Shown here piece by piece: positions 1 through 15,749 of a DNA stretch of 64,000 nucleotides. The DNA is from Curvularia clavata. Its lineage: Eukaryota. The notes below the pieces were generated by a model. That model made no database searches. It saw nothing but the letters and a program-made list of their open reading frames with translations, and had not been told where the DNA came from. Numbering within the stretch: the first letter of the stretch is position 1; every line of letters begins with the position of its first letter. The stretch spans positions 3,038,001 through 3,102,000 of the forward strand of contig CP089277.1 in assembly GCA_023920165.1 (NCBI GenBank), given 5' to 3'. A program made the position numbers and the translations under genes.

Positions 1-577
1 GTTGAGTTCGGCGTAAGATTGTAAAGTGGAAGAAAGAGAGGTTGGCAGTGACAGAGCTTGAGCAGGTGAGGAGTTTGTTTGTGTAAGTGAGGCAAGCCAG
101 ACTAAGTAGGGGACCGGGCATGCCAAGACCTCAGGCTCCACTTTGCGCGTGAGGCCGGTGAAGGTGAGGAAGGAGCTAGAAAGTCTAGAAGCAACATTGC
201 GGTAGATCAGAGGTAGGTGAGAGATATGTGAGAGATGGTAGGAAGGCAAGCAGGCAGGCAGAGGACATCACTTGTGCAAAGAGACAGCAAAGAGATCATT
301 GGATATCTAGTACATTCGTTAGAGCAAGTGTGTATCAAAAATTGGCTCATCCTCCCATGCCATCATGAAAGGAAGCGTGCCGGACCGCTTTGTCATAAAA
401 TAGAAATAAGCTGGTATCATGTCATGAAAATCGCATATAAAATAGCCATGCTTACGTGTGCTGCCACGGTTCGTTAGTGAGACCTAAAGCCACAGAAACC
501 TAAACACCCCAAAAGTCAAGCAAATGGATATGCCTCTGTGTTCCTTCACATCCGAACAGCGACAAACATGACGGAAA

Positions 578-3500
578 CTATACGCCACGGAACTAAACAT
601 AGAGTCAGCAAACACGCTCTTACTCCGACCAGTATGGGTTTCACTTACCATTCGGACAACCAAAAACCACATTGCACCAATAAACCTAAATGCCGACAAG
701 CCCGCAACACTATACAGGACAACGGCAAGGTAGATGGTAGCAGCCTCATTTCGCTTCTTTTGCGCCTCGTCGGGCGTGCTGACGGTGATCTCCAGCCCAC
801 CTGACTGCAGCACCAATGCCGTGAGGCCCAGGTTGCAAAACATCCAGAACAACACGACACCAGATCGGAAACCCTTGTAGTAGTCTTCCTGCTTCTCAGA
901 CGGAGATGGGACCTTCTTTTCCTCGACCCACTTCTTGCTAAACGTCCTCAGCTCTTCCTCATATTGGGTATTGAGATCGGCATCATCAGTGGGTGCTTGA
1001 ATGTCAGCTTTACCGTCGGCTTTGGTCGTGACCGAGGGCAGCTTCTCTGGCTTGTCGTCTCCCTTTGTACCCCAGGTAATGTCGTGGGTGTTGCAGAAGG
1101 CGTAGACGTTGAGAATGTTGATGTATGTCGGAGTCATGAGAAGATATTGGAAAAAGGATGTGAACATGTGCCATGGATCCAAGAAGATGATGGAGACGAG
1201 GAACCACATGACGTATGTTGACAGCAGCGAGATGATGAGCGTTGCAAAAATCCTGTCCCTGAAGAGATCCGCCACGTTGAAGCCACCGTTGGCAGCAATC
1301 TGTCCTTGGACGGAACGAACGCTGATGAAGATGGATGCAAACATGAGGTAGGCCATGATGATACACCAAAAGTAGACCATGGACATGTACCACTTGTTGG
1401 AACCCTGAGGCCGATTACCCAATGACAAGATGAAACAGGTAATCAAAACAGCAATGTAGAGCCACTCGAAGATGATGAAGAGAACTTTGCCGGCTGTACC
1501 AAGCTCGTTCTGCAGCGAAGCTGTGAGGATGCGGAAGACCAAGAAGAAGTTACCAAGCGCGAACCAAGCGAAGATCATGCTGATTGTCTGGTAGACAAAC
1601 TCGACGAGGAACATCATTTTACGTAGGAAAGAGTGATCGCTGCGGAATATGTCAAAGGAGTGAGCCAAGGCATAGACGGCAGCAAAGAAGGATCCGTTCA
1701 GCCAACGACGACGTTGACTGATGAACTCGGCCATGGTGGTGGGAACATCAGTTTCTCCGTTGGCAGACTTGACGTATTGCAAGATCCAGTGGCAATTCCG
1801 CTTAGACACGAGCTCGAAGCAGAGAATACGATCTTCAGCCAAGTACATGTTGGCGGTGAAGATACCGGCATTGGCGCCGTGCATCTTCTCACCAGCAAAG
1901 TACTTCTCCAAAGGTCCCTGTCCAGTCTTGTCGTTTTGCAGGGCCACATATCGGTAGGCTGAGAAAGCACCAGGAAGCACACTAATGAAACCAAAGGCTG
2001 ATTCCAACGGCTTGTCTAGAATGTTACTCATCTTGTACTCGAAGTTCTGCGTTGCTACGAGTGGATTCAAAAGCTTCTTTCCATGCACTAACATAGCCTT
2101 GATCTCACCACATGCACCGGCGCACATAGGCTCGAGATCGAAAGCTTTCCAAAGCTGGTAAACGGAATCTTTACCAGGCTTGGTACCAGCGTCTATGAGC
2201 ACACAGACATTGGGATCTAGGACAGTTCCGAATGCCTGGAAGAACCAGCGATGCGAGTTGATCTTCTTTTGGTTCTTTTCCTTGAGACAGAACAGCATCT
2301 GCACAGGTGTGTTTCCCTTCTTAACGCCGACGACACCCTTTTTGATGTCGAGAGTCATCTGGGTGGTGTATTCGTAGATATGCGCAGTCACATCCTTGCC
2401 GTTAACCTGCTGCTTGGCGATGCCGTCCTGGTATACACCCAAACCTGCTAGCACGGCACGGGTTCGCGGGTTGATCTTGGCACGGCCGTCGCTGACGACG
2501 CACACGACGATCTTTTTCCACGCGTCTTTGCCCCACGTCTTACTGTTGGTTCGCGAATTCATGTACTCGATGTTTTTGATGACACCAATCATTGTGCGCG
2601 CGAACAGTTCGTCCTCCTCATTGTACATGGTGATGACGATGAAGAGTTCGGTGTGTCGTGGCTTGGCGAACAGTTTTTGGCGCAGAGTAAAGCGCTCAGC
2701 GTCGAAGTCTGCAGGATCGCATGTGGCGGCCGAGTAGCGCATATGGGTGAACTCGTCACGCTCTGGGGGCTGTGCATGTGGGACCTGGTTCAACAACCGT
2801 GGCGGAATAGGGCAGTCCAAAACCAAGTTGCCTTTGAACAACTGCACTTCCTTGACCGTCTTCCATCGCTTGATTGGCGCTTGGCTGGGTGGTGGAGCCG
2901 GGTCATCGTGAAACGGATTCTCAGGGTCCATATCGTCCTGGTCATGGGGATTTGGACCATACGAGTTTGCGCCTTGTATCATGGGCCTGTTCATATCATC
3001 ATCCTGCCAGTAATGCGTGGGCTGTGTGCCATATCCTGCGCCGGGGCTCTCATCGTGGGGAGTCGGGTCGTAGGGCTGGTTGTAGTATGCATCGTGGTGC
3101 GCCTGAGGATCGAACGAGTAGTTGGTTTCCTGTCGTTGCGGTCGTGGGTCGTAGTCGTCGTGGTAGTTTCCACCTGTGTATGGGATATTTTCTACTGAAT
3201 ACTATGCGGTATGTTAGCTTCTGCCAGATCAACGGCGCAGCCCTCGGGAGCTATGCCGTAACTCTCGGTCAACGTACACTTGGTTGCAGCGGCAGTCGGT
3301 CGCTAGAAGCTATTGCTTGGTTTGGTCCCATGGGAATCTCGAGTACGCCCGAGGGCGAAGGCGAGGTATATCGGTCTTCGAGTTGATAGCCTCGAAGCGG
3401 TTGTCCGGGAGAGGGCGTCCGCCCGTTTCCTCGTCGAGGGTCCATGTCGTAGGGGTCGTCGCTGCCCGGGTGGTCTGTACAGGGCTGTTAGTTTTGTGTG

Positions 3501-3644
3501 ATCCTCTGCTGCAACGCATGTACTGGGCGATTGCGGGAGCGCAACGTCGTGCAGAAAACGGCAGCAGAGTTGTGTTTGTGACTACGGGCGATCACGAGTG
3601 CAGCGAGGGCTCCGTGACTACTGACCTAGTCTGTTGTATGACAT
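578..3644 (-). CDS. Chitin synthase, class I (GT2), 4 exons
   Basis: Motifs TMYNE, QNFEY, EDRIL and QRRRW plus C-terminal TM helices. Spliced model: exon 1 3644-3626 (MSYNRL), introns 3625-3475, 3277-3202 and 648-593, last exon FRGV-stop (TAG 578-580). Confidence 0.95.
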
Positions 3645-4680
3645 GCCGGCGTGTTATCCGTGGTGCCGCCGCGGCGTAAGTGATTGAGTTTGGGCAATGC
3701 GACAAGCGAAATTGCAGTTCAAAACACAGATGCAGGCAAAGGGCCGGCAGCGAACTCTTTAGGCGCGGCCGTTGTTGTCGTATAGGCGTTGCGGGAAAAG
3801 CAACGGGAAGATGTACTGCGTTTCAGGTGGGCGGTGGTGGGTCGCAAATGCTGCAGGGTAGTGGACTTGTTTACCACAGCAACGAGTGGGCGGGTAGTGA
3901 TGTAACCAACGACGAGCAGCAACAGCGCCGAGTCCCAGAACAAGGAGACGGGCAGATAAGAGTGTCCTGGGGGTTACAGAATGGGAATCTCGAGGTTTTC
4001 AGCTGGCCGAGGTGCAGCTGTTTGCAGCCTCAAGTACACAGCCGCCAAGCAGGGCGTGCCAGGCGCGACTGCGCAATGCAGCCAGCGCGGGGCACGCCAC
4101 ACTTCACAGCCGCACATAGTTACGACGCCGCCTGGTCTATTTCCGGCCGTGCATGTGACCGCCATGTCCACGCAACGCCTGCTCACTGCTCCCACTCGTG
4201 TGGGTACATAGATTCTGGCGTCGAGTCTTGACGAAATGACCGTCGAGTCTTGCTGCTTTTTTGTCCTTTGTTTTTGTTTCTTCTTTCAGTGATGAGCATC
4301 ACTCGCCCAGCATACCCAACACCCGAGTCCGCATAGCTGGCGCACGCCTAATCCAACGCTTACGCCAAAGTGGTGACCGCGCATGAGTCGCAGTAATACG
4401 CCCACTTCCAAGCCCGATGAAATGGCCGTTAATGTGCAGCCCGCCTGCCTGCAGGGCGTATTAGGCATGTTGCTGTACCAGATCTGCCATAATTAAAACA
4501 CGATTTGATGGTACCTGACATCTAGCGTGTTTTCAGTCCCGTACGTCATCTTGGCAGCCAATCCGTCCCACCATCCCCAGATCTTCGTTTTGCTTCTCCA
4601 CCGCTATTGGCAACTTTTTTTTCCCTTGTACAACATACACACCAAACACACGTATACACGGCTCGTACACAGAAACAGCA

Positions 4681-5301
4681 ATGGGCGAAACAGTCTCTCC
4701 ACAGCCCGTCTCCGTTCTCTTTGTCTGCCTGGGGAACATCTGTACGTGCACCGCCTCAGCCCTAGCAACCCACTACCCCTCAGCACAACTAACTTTCCCC
4801 GCAGGCCGCTCAACAATGGCAGAGGGCGTCTTCCAGTCGCTCACCCGCCCCGCTGGCAAGCCTGCCCATCCTCTGATATCCAACATCGACTCCTGCGGCA
4901 CCGGCGCATACCACGTCGGCTCCGATCCAGACTCGCGCACCATGGCCACGCTGCGCAAGAACGGCATAACCTCATACCGTCACTCAGCCCGCAAGTTTGC
5001 CCCCGCCACCGACTTCTACAACTTCGACTACATCTTTGCCATGGACGACGATAACCTCGCCAATCTCGAGAGCTTGCGGGAGAGAGAAGTTAAGAAGAGT
5101 GGTGGTGAGGAAGGAATAGGCCAAGTCATGTTGTACGGCGAGTTCGGCGGCAAGCGGAGAAAGTACAGGGGCAGGGAACTGGGCGAAGAGATTGACGATC
5201 CGTACTATGGTGGTAATGACGGCTTTACGACTGCCTACGAGCAGGCTCAGCGGTTTGGAAAGGCTTTCTTGGGGAAGCTCGAGGCTGGAGAGCTGAGCTG
5301 A
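4681..5301 (+). CDS. LTP1: Low-molecular-weight protein tyrosine phosphatase
   Basis: Removing intron 4742-4804 restores the P-loop VCLGNICRS; DSCGTG and DPYYGG motifs present. Confidence 0.93.
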   Translation: MGETVSPQPVSVLFVCLGNICTCTASALATHYPSAQLTFPAGRSTMAEGVFQSLTRPAGKPAHPLISNIDSCGTGAYHVGSDPDSRTMATLRKNGITSYRHSARKFAPATDFYNFDYIFAMDDDNLANLESLREREVKKSGGEEGIGQVMLYGEFGGKRRKYRGRELGEEIDDPYYGGNDGFTTAYEQAQRFGKAFLGKLEAGELS

Positions 5302-5489
5302 GATCGAGTATGCGAAAGGTATGGAAAGGATGATAGCGGTTGGAAGGCTCAACGGTGTGAGTGGAGTCTCGATTTGATACCCATAGACCGGCCATAGGCT
5401 ACAATGCACTGTACATTACAGGCTTATGCTGTACCTTGTGTTATTCACTTCCCCTTGGGGTATTTCCTTTTTCTTATGCGACACTGTCT

Positions 5490-6278
5490 TTACGAATTCT
5501 GCTTGATCTGTCTCTCGAGATCGAGCAGCTTCTCCACAATCTTTCCTCGCATGAACTCTGTCAATCCCAATCTGTAATATTGTCAGTCTTCCATTGCTGA
5601 GCAAGCTCCAATCACAGTTCAATACTCACATTCCTTCCCTTGTCACGATGCGATACGTCCCGCTATTCTGCCATCCGCCGTCGCTCCCTCGAAACCGCCC
5701 ATTGCCATCTACCTCAACGCTCCCAAAGATGTCCTCAGGCCAAGCAATGCGTCCGTAGTCTGGCGGGTTTCTCAGGTCACTAATGTGTATCCATCCACCA
5801 TGGCCCGCACCACCCATACCTCCCTGGTGGTTCGCGCCGCCCGCACCGTCATCTGGCTGGGAAAGATTGGATCCGCCCGGCGACGCGTACACAGCAGCTT
5901 GCGACTTGACGTAAGGATCGTGAACCGCGTGTGTTGCAAACACCGAAGACAGAATAGGCAGAAACTGAGGGTTTTCGGTAAAGTTCTGGGGCGTGGGCGG
6001 CAGAGCGGTGCAGGTGCCAATGGCGAGTTGGGGTGTTGGAGGCTCGGTCGGGAGGAGTGACAGCAGGCGTTTCTTCGGGTCAAAAGGATCTTTGTGTACG
6101 TACTGCATCCAGTTGGTTAGTATTCATAGGTTTATGCTGCAAATGAGAAGGCAATGGTAGACAGTACAATATGTGGATTCTCTGGCAATGTCGAAGCATG
6201 CCTCACGCCTCGAAGCCGAAGCGTCTGCGATGCGGGCACAGCCCGGCGCGCCGAACGCACAAATGTGTTGGCCAACAT
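5490..6278 (-). CDS. Conserved fungal protein of unknown function, probable mitochondrial presequence
   Basis: Three-exon model MLANTFVRSARRAVPASQTLRLRGVRHAS (Arg-rich, no acidic residues) ... GWIHISDLRNPPDYGRIAWPEDIFGSVEV ... EGILGLTEFMRGKIVEKL..stop; GT-AG introns. Confidence 0.75.
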
Positions 6279-6829
6279 CTGGTATAGGACGGGACACATG
6301 GGAATTAATGAAGCTGAAGCTCAGTTTGAATCAAGCTCCGGCTGAATCTGATAATCGCAAAACGGCGTGATGAGTAACAATGACGACGACTACCCTGGAA
6401 CCCCAGCTAGCGGCCGATCGTGCTTGCCCGCACTAGTCTCAACCTTCGTACCTCACTTGGGTAGTATAAAATGCATTACCATATATCCAACACCCAAAGC
6501 TGAATTTGCACCGATGCATTCTGACAAGTCGATACCACTTTTTTCCTGCCACCGGCAATGTCCCGCGCCGGTCTCGGATAAGCATGCTCGCCGCACATGT
6601 GCGTTCTCGACCCGCGCGCCGTGATCGTTTCCCCAAACCACATCTAGCGCTACCCCACTAGCCATGCAAATTGTGAGCGTCGGCGAATAGGACAACACGC
6701 TCGTTGAGGAATGGATAAGCCGAACGGCTTCGGCTTAAGCACGTTTGAGAAGACGCCTCGTTATTGAATTATCTTTTCACTTTCCGACTCATTTTTTCTT
6801 CTTCTTACTGCCGTCTGCTGCTTGCAACC

Positions 6830-8612
6830 ATGGCTTCCAACAATGGCGTGGAGATAGCACCAGTGGAGGGGAATACTGGGGACGTGAGGGCGACGAAGGA
6901 GACGGGACTGCACAAGGATGTTGAAGTTGGTCCAGAGGCGATTGATATTGATAGAATCGAAAGGGTATATGCGTAAGTTATAGCTTTTTTTTTCTAGCAA
7001 TATCACATCTATTTGTGTCAACACACGCTTATTCGCAGTTTAGCAAGCTAGATCGCCGCATTCTTCCAGCCTTCTGGGTGCTGTACTTCATGTGCTCGGC
7101 GATTCGATCAAATATTGGGCTTGCTCAAACAATGAATCTCGCTGAAGGCCATGATCTCGGATCTGTGCTCGACATTACACCCAAGCAGGTCTCGACGGGT
7201 CTCGCGCTGTTCTACGTGTGCTATGTCTTATTCGACCTTCCATCCAATCTCATCATGTCGAGGGTCAGCCCGCATGCCTGGATGAGCCGCATTGTCACTT
7301 GCGTAGGCATCATTGGCATGTGCTTGACTGCGATGAACGCAGCATGGAATCTCTAGTGTGTTCTCCGTCCGGTGCTATGGAAACATCTTACTGACAGCGT
7401 CTAGTCTTCTGCGATTACTACTTGGTATCGTGATTGCGGGCATGTGGCCTGGCATGTCGTACTACCTGACTTTGTTCTACCCCCCGTCCCGAACTGGAAA
7501 GCGGATTGGCCGTTATTTCACCGCTTCCCAGATGTCTGCAGCAGTAGTGGGCCTGGTTTCGGCTGGCTTCCAAAAGATGGATGGTATCGGCGGTCTCGTG
7601 GGTTTCCAGTGGATGTTCCTCCTCTACGGTATTGTCGGATTTATCGTTGGCGTGTCTCTCCTTTGGTGGCTGCCGGACAGGCCACTACCACCTGGTCAAG
7701 TCCGCCAACGAACGGGATGGATGAAATGGCTGCCCGAGAGCAAACCAGCGCTGGAAGGCGAGGATGCACGTGTGCACTACGAGGATCTCACCCGCGTCTA
7801 TAGCCGCAAGCTGTGGAACATGAAGGACTTGTGGAATGTTGTCATTGATTGGAGGATCTATCCACTGGTGGTCATGTACTTTGGTGTGGTGGGTGTGGGC
7901 AACGGAACGCAGGCCTACGCAACCGTCATCATCCGGGGGATCAACCCAAAGCTGACCAGCATCCAGCTCAGTCTGCTCTCAGCACCCATTTGGATTGTGA
8001 GTACAGGGCAGGTATGGGGAGAAGAGTGAGCTGACCCATGTACAGATGGACCTGATTGCGATTCTACTGGTTACGCCCATCTCGGATCGCTTCCACCACC
8101 ACCGGCCGGCCTTTTTCAGCGGAGCAGTTCTCATCCAGATCACGGGACTGCTGATCGCGACGTTTGCTCAGGGTTGGTCGCGTTACGGTGGGGTGCTGCT
8201 CATTGGGTTTGGGCTGGGGCCAACGGTGCCCATCTGCATGGCGTGGTCCAACGAGATCTTCCAGCCCCGGCATGGCGAAGTGGGCGTGGCTGCTGCCAGT
8301 GCACTCGTGTCTGGATTGGGAAACCTAGGCAGCATCTTGACAACGTACGCGCTGTATTCGGGGTGGCCTGCAGATGCTAAGGCAGGCCCGCACAAGTACC
8401 GCAACAGTAACCTGGTCATGATTGGCATCCTGTGCGGCAGCATCCTCAGCGCAGGAAGCATGGTAGTGCTGCTGCGGATTTTTGGCGGTGGCAAGGGCAA
8501 GCAAATTAGCAGCGCGAGTTCGACGAGCGAGGGCGAGGCTGTCTATGTGGACGGAGCAGCGCGACGTGAGGTGCAGCAGCGGGGCCTGGGACGCATGTTC
8601 TGCTTCAACTGA
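6830..8612 (+). CDS. MFS transporter, anion:cation symporter (allantoate/nicotinate permease-like) family
   Basis: KLDRRILP, RSNIGLA, FDLPSNL, GFQWMFLLYG, WLPDRP motifs; multiple TM segments; 3 introns. Confidence 0.9.
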
Positions 8613-9204
8613 GGCCAGCCATCCATGTCTACGAGTATGCAAGTCAAGGTGCTGGGACTGACAGCATGGTAAGCTAGAGACTAGAGGCAAGCATAATTGC
8701 ACAGCATGCCATTTTGTTGAATGCCAAAGTGAAGAATGCCCTTTGTCGTGTGGCGCCGCTATGGCAGGCGATAGGCAGCCGGCCTGGGACCATGGCAGGC
8801 TCGGTAAAGCGCTCATGGACGGACGGGCGTTTGACCATCGAGGTCTCTTATCGTCATTCTGCGCCCGGCCTGAGCCCACTTCCCCATACTCTCTGTCCTC
8901 TCGTTTTGTCCTCTCTGTTTCCTTTCTTCCCCACCTTTGTTTCCACCCCGTTGCATCCTCCGCGCCTCGCCCGCTTTTCCTTCGTCCCAGGTCCAACCTC
9001 ACTCCGCACCGCCCCCCGCCACGACTACCATCCATCCGTGTACCAGTCAGTCAACCCACGGCGCAGCACGCATGTCTTTGAACGCCCGGCCCCATATTCG
9101 TTAGACCCCCCCAGCACTCTCGCCCTCGCAGACGCTTGATGTCGGTGTTTGTCCCGGCGTCGGGTTGGTAGCCGCCAGCGCACTTTGCCAGAACATCGAC
9201 TGAC

Positions 9205-9350
9205 GTAAGTTGACTCTGCCTCTTCTAGCCTTTGCCTGTGCGTCTGCAGTCCCACGGCCCGCAGACAAGCTCCCTCTCAACAGACGCGCTGATCCTCGCA
9301 TGCTTCCGCCCTGCATCGGCAGACCTGCTAATCTGTTTTCACATGTATAG
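9205..9350 (+). other. Probable 5'-UTR intron of SNF1
   Basis: GTAAGT donor at 9205, GCTAAT branch near 9327, TAG acceptor at 9350, 127 nt upstream of the ATG. Confidence 0.6.
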
Positions 9351-9476
9351 GCCCCCCCGCAGACCTTCTCCAGCCCCATCCCCACCCGAGCCTCTAGCAG
9401 CTGTCTCCAAGCACCGCGGACGCCGCCATTGCAGTAGTCAGCCGGTACCTGGTCCTCCACGCCCCCCTCCGAAACA

Positions 9477-12201
<2,725 letters not shown>

Positions 12202-12900
12202 TTGCGTGAGTGAGTGAGGTTGTATGAAAGAGAGAGCATGTTGGAATGAAGATGCTACTATTGCTACTCTTGAATTGGACTCTTTCTCTGTCGGACTCAT
12301 TTCCTTCCATTGCCTGGATTTCTTGTACATGGAAATTATCGGTACTTGTGCAAATGTTGCGTTAGATGAGCGGGTGTATAGAAGAGGGGTCAGAATGAGA
12401 CTTGGTCCTAATCATTGATATCATGTCTTTTTTTTTCAACCGTTCTCACAATCAGTCAAAATATACATACAATACAATGCTTTTAGCATAATCAGAGCAG
12501 GAGATTGTTTGTATTACTATCGCTCCACCCCCTTTTTTAATCCTTCATACATCCTTATTTCTCTCGCGCACGCTCACTCATTTCATACTCGTACTAACAA
12601 CACGCGCGCACACATACTTCAAGACACCGACACACAAACACACACACGTATACGTACAAAAGACACAACAAAAATGACCAACAGTTGACATGATATCATA
12701 CTTTGCCCCCAAATCAACTTTAGAACATCCTCTGCCTCCAACCAGACGATACTAAATACACAAAATGTGTGAACAAAGGGTGGAGAAGAGCCGAGGGGAG
12801 GGAAATAAGACTGAAGATGGGTTTTTTGCTTGCAGAAGCGGCTGGTTGAGACGAAGACGATCGTTAGAGAAAGGCTAGGCAAGAAAATATCGAGACATTT

Positions 12901-15083
12901 TTATCGCATGCCGAAGCCTCCAGCGGCCGCACCCATGGCGCCCAGTCGCGAGGCAAGCTTAGGGTACTTTTCTTGCACCTGTTGTACTCATGTCAGTAAC
13001 CGTCTATCTATATACGTATGGGAGAGAGAGAAAAATTGGTACTAGTTACTCACCTCAAGTTGGGTCCTGGTCGCCTCGGCGTAGCTGAGCGCATTTACAA
13101 TCTCGCCCTCTGTCCTCGACAGCTCTGCGGCACGCTCAAAGTACTTGAGCGCTTCTGTCACCTTCCCTTGCTGCAGCAACAGTTGTGCCATTGTGGCGAC
13201 AGCAATGTCGCACTCTGGGTCGATGATGAGCGCCTTCTCGCAAAGCTTCTCGGCGTCATCAAAGTCGTTCTTCCATTGGAAGAGGGCAAGGGCCTTGTTG
13301 ATCAGAGGCAGAACGTTCATGCCCAGGGGCTTGGTCGTCTTCTCCATCTCAACAGCAGTATCGAACTTCTCAATGGCTTCTTGGTACTTTTGCTGGTCCA
13401 GAAGAAGTTCACCGTAGTAGTTGTACACATCGGGTACTTGAGAAAAGTTCTTCATGCAGCGACGGAAAGTGGCCATTGATGAGGCGATGCTGCCCATCTT
13501 GTATTGTGTGACACCGAGTTGGATGTGCGAGAAGATGAAGTCCTTGTCCAGGTCTATCGACTTCTGATAGTCCTTGGCAGCTTCACCGAACTCAGACTTG
13601 ATAAAGTGCAGTTGTGCGCGGTGGTAGTAGATATCTGGGTCGCTTGAGTTTTGCTCTAGAGCAGCAGCAAAGTCGGCTTCGGCAGCTTCTGGGTTGGCGA
13701 GCTCAAGGTGCATGCTGGCACGCTTGATGAAGCTCTGGGTTAGGGTGGGCTGGAGTTCAATGCTCTTGTCCATGTCCTTAAGTGCATCTTCGTTGTCTCC
13801 CTTAAGGTAGCTGAAGGTTCCACGCATGTTATACGCGAAAGCCTCGTGTTCTCCGAGGTCTCCGAGTTCAAGGGCGCGGTCGAAGGCGGCCGCAGCCTCA
13901 GTGTATCCTTCACCAGTCTTGGTGGCCATGGCCTTGAGACCCTTGCGCAGTTGGCCCTTGCCACTCTCCTCGTCGAGTTCTGCTTCATCCTCAAGACCTT
14001 CTGGTCGTGGCTTTGGTCGGAAGCTCTGTAGGTAGTTTGTGACGAAAGTTGGGCTGGGCAGCTTCTTCTCCTTGGCGGCCAAAATGGCTTTGCCCTTTGC
14101 TTCGGCGACCTTCTTCAGCAAACGCTCGACGCTCTGTGCGCTGTTCTCGTTACGGAATCCGTCAATGATGCAGCTCGCGGTGTAGTCCAAGAGAGCCTCG
14201 CTGTTGCGCTCGACTTGCTCGTATGCGTTTGCCCTTCGATTCAGTGCCTTGACGTATTCGTTGTCGAGGTTGATAGCGGCGGTGGTATCTTCGATGACCT
14301 TTTCCCACTCGGACATGGCATTGTAGCAGGCTGCGCGGTTGGAGTAGAAGACAGGGTCTTGTTTGCAGAGGATGGCCTTGCCGTAGAGCTCGATGGCGCG
14401 ATTGTAGTCTTTGGAGCCGTAGGCCTTGTTGCCTGCTGCCTTGAGCTTCGCGGCATAGTCTTTACGTTCCTAGAAAATGTTAGCCTATATTTTCGAGGCA
14501 ACTGAAAGCAATGCATGCAAAACATGTTTTAGTGAGTCGACCCCGCTATGCAGTGGTTAAGTTGTCTGTTGTTGTTGGTGGTCGGCCGGGCGGCCACGAG
14601 CGGACATGGCCTTTCCAAACGCTGCAATTCAATTTTTTTTGTCGTACCTCGTCTGATAGTGCAGTTACACTGTTCTCGTCAACGTCGGGGAGCTGATCTT
14701 CGGTGGTCTCGGCGACGGTTGCCTTCTTCTCTGTTGTTTTGTCAGTCGCTGCCTAGCTCACAGCAATGAAGGCGCATACCGGAGGCCTTTTCGGGAGTTG
14801 CTTCCTTTTCAGCCCTTTCTTTTGCACGCTTGCGTTCGCGCTGCCTCTTGCGCTTGGCGGCCGATGTGTCTGCTGCGCTGTCGCCTCTTGAATCATTGGA
14901 GAAGTAGTATATAGCGCCACCAGCACCAACAACCAGCGTAACTCCGGCAATGGTGTACACAACGCCCTTGTTCTCGGATGCCCAATTCGACAGTCGGTCC
15001 CAGAGCGAGTTGTTGCTGTCGACGGGGATCTGAACGGGAAAAGGGCCAGGGCCCTGCGGTACAGGAGCGTTTACAGGCGCCAT
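12901..15083 (-). CDS. TOM70: Mitochondrial outer membrane import receptor Tom70 (TPR protein)
   Basis: N-terminal anchor [22 protein letters not shown] repeats ([30 protein letters not shown]), [15 protein letters not shown]; multi-exon; stop TAA at 12901-12903. Confidence 0.95.
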
Positions 15084-15749
15084 TTCTGTTGTACTCGGTT
15101 AATTGTACTGAGTAGATGGGGTTCCAGACGGAATGGAAATGGACAGCTCAATGGCGATGGGCTGTTGGTTGTTGGGCCTTCGTCGCAGAAATTTGGCTAG
15201 GGCAAGCTTGGTGCAACGACGTGAGCGAGATGTGTGGCTCGAGCGCTTGCGGACGTCATCAGCCTTGCCGAGCAGCGCCGTCGAGGCCTGCGTTGGCCGC
15301 ACCGCCACCCACCACGCTGGTTATGCCTTGACAAGTGTTTGATTTAAGACTCAGTACTAATGCAAATCCTGCTGTCAGAAGCCAGTGCAGTGCTGGTGGT
15401 GCACAAAGGGCAGCTTTCTGGCATACAAGCGGTATTGGTCACGCCAAAAGACCTCACTCATCGACTTTCCCTATGCAGACAGATACTGAGAGTACTATAA
15501 GAACTTGCAGGAAGTCTTTAGCTGCTATTGCCACATTCAAGAAGCCAAAAACGCGTGTAGCTTGTTTGTACAATCACTGCCATATGGCCAATCAGCACTC
15601 TGTGCGCCACACGTGTGGCTGGTGAATGCCGCTCGGAAATGATAGGATCATCATTCCGACCCACTCGCAGTACAACGCATCTTCAGGTGTCCGTGTTGTC
15701 GCAGCAGTCAACGAACATTACTGTCTCTTCAACTAAGCATCATTTCAAA

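Noticed and set aside
484..648. ORF-track C-terminal extension of chitin synthase (…VSETHTG…FLWL)
   Set aside because: Read-through of intron 648-593; splicing gives the typical class I ending RMFRGV-stop.
4220..4252. 12-bp direct repeat CGTCGAGTCTTG in the chs/LTP1 divergent promoter
   Set aside because: Only two copies, not array-like; no function can be supported.
12590..12680. AC-rich low-complexity tract
   Set aside because: Ordinary simple sequence in the convergent SNF1/TOM70 3' region.
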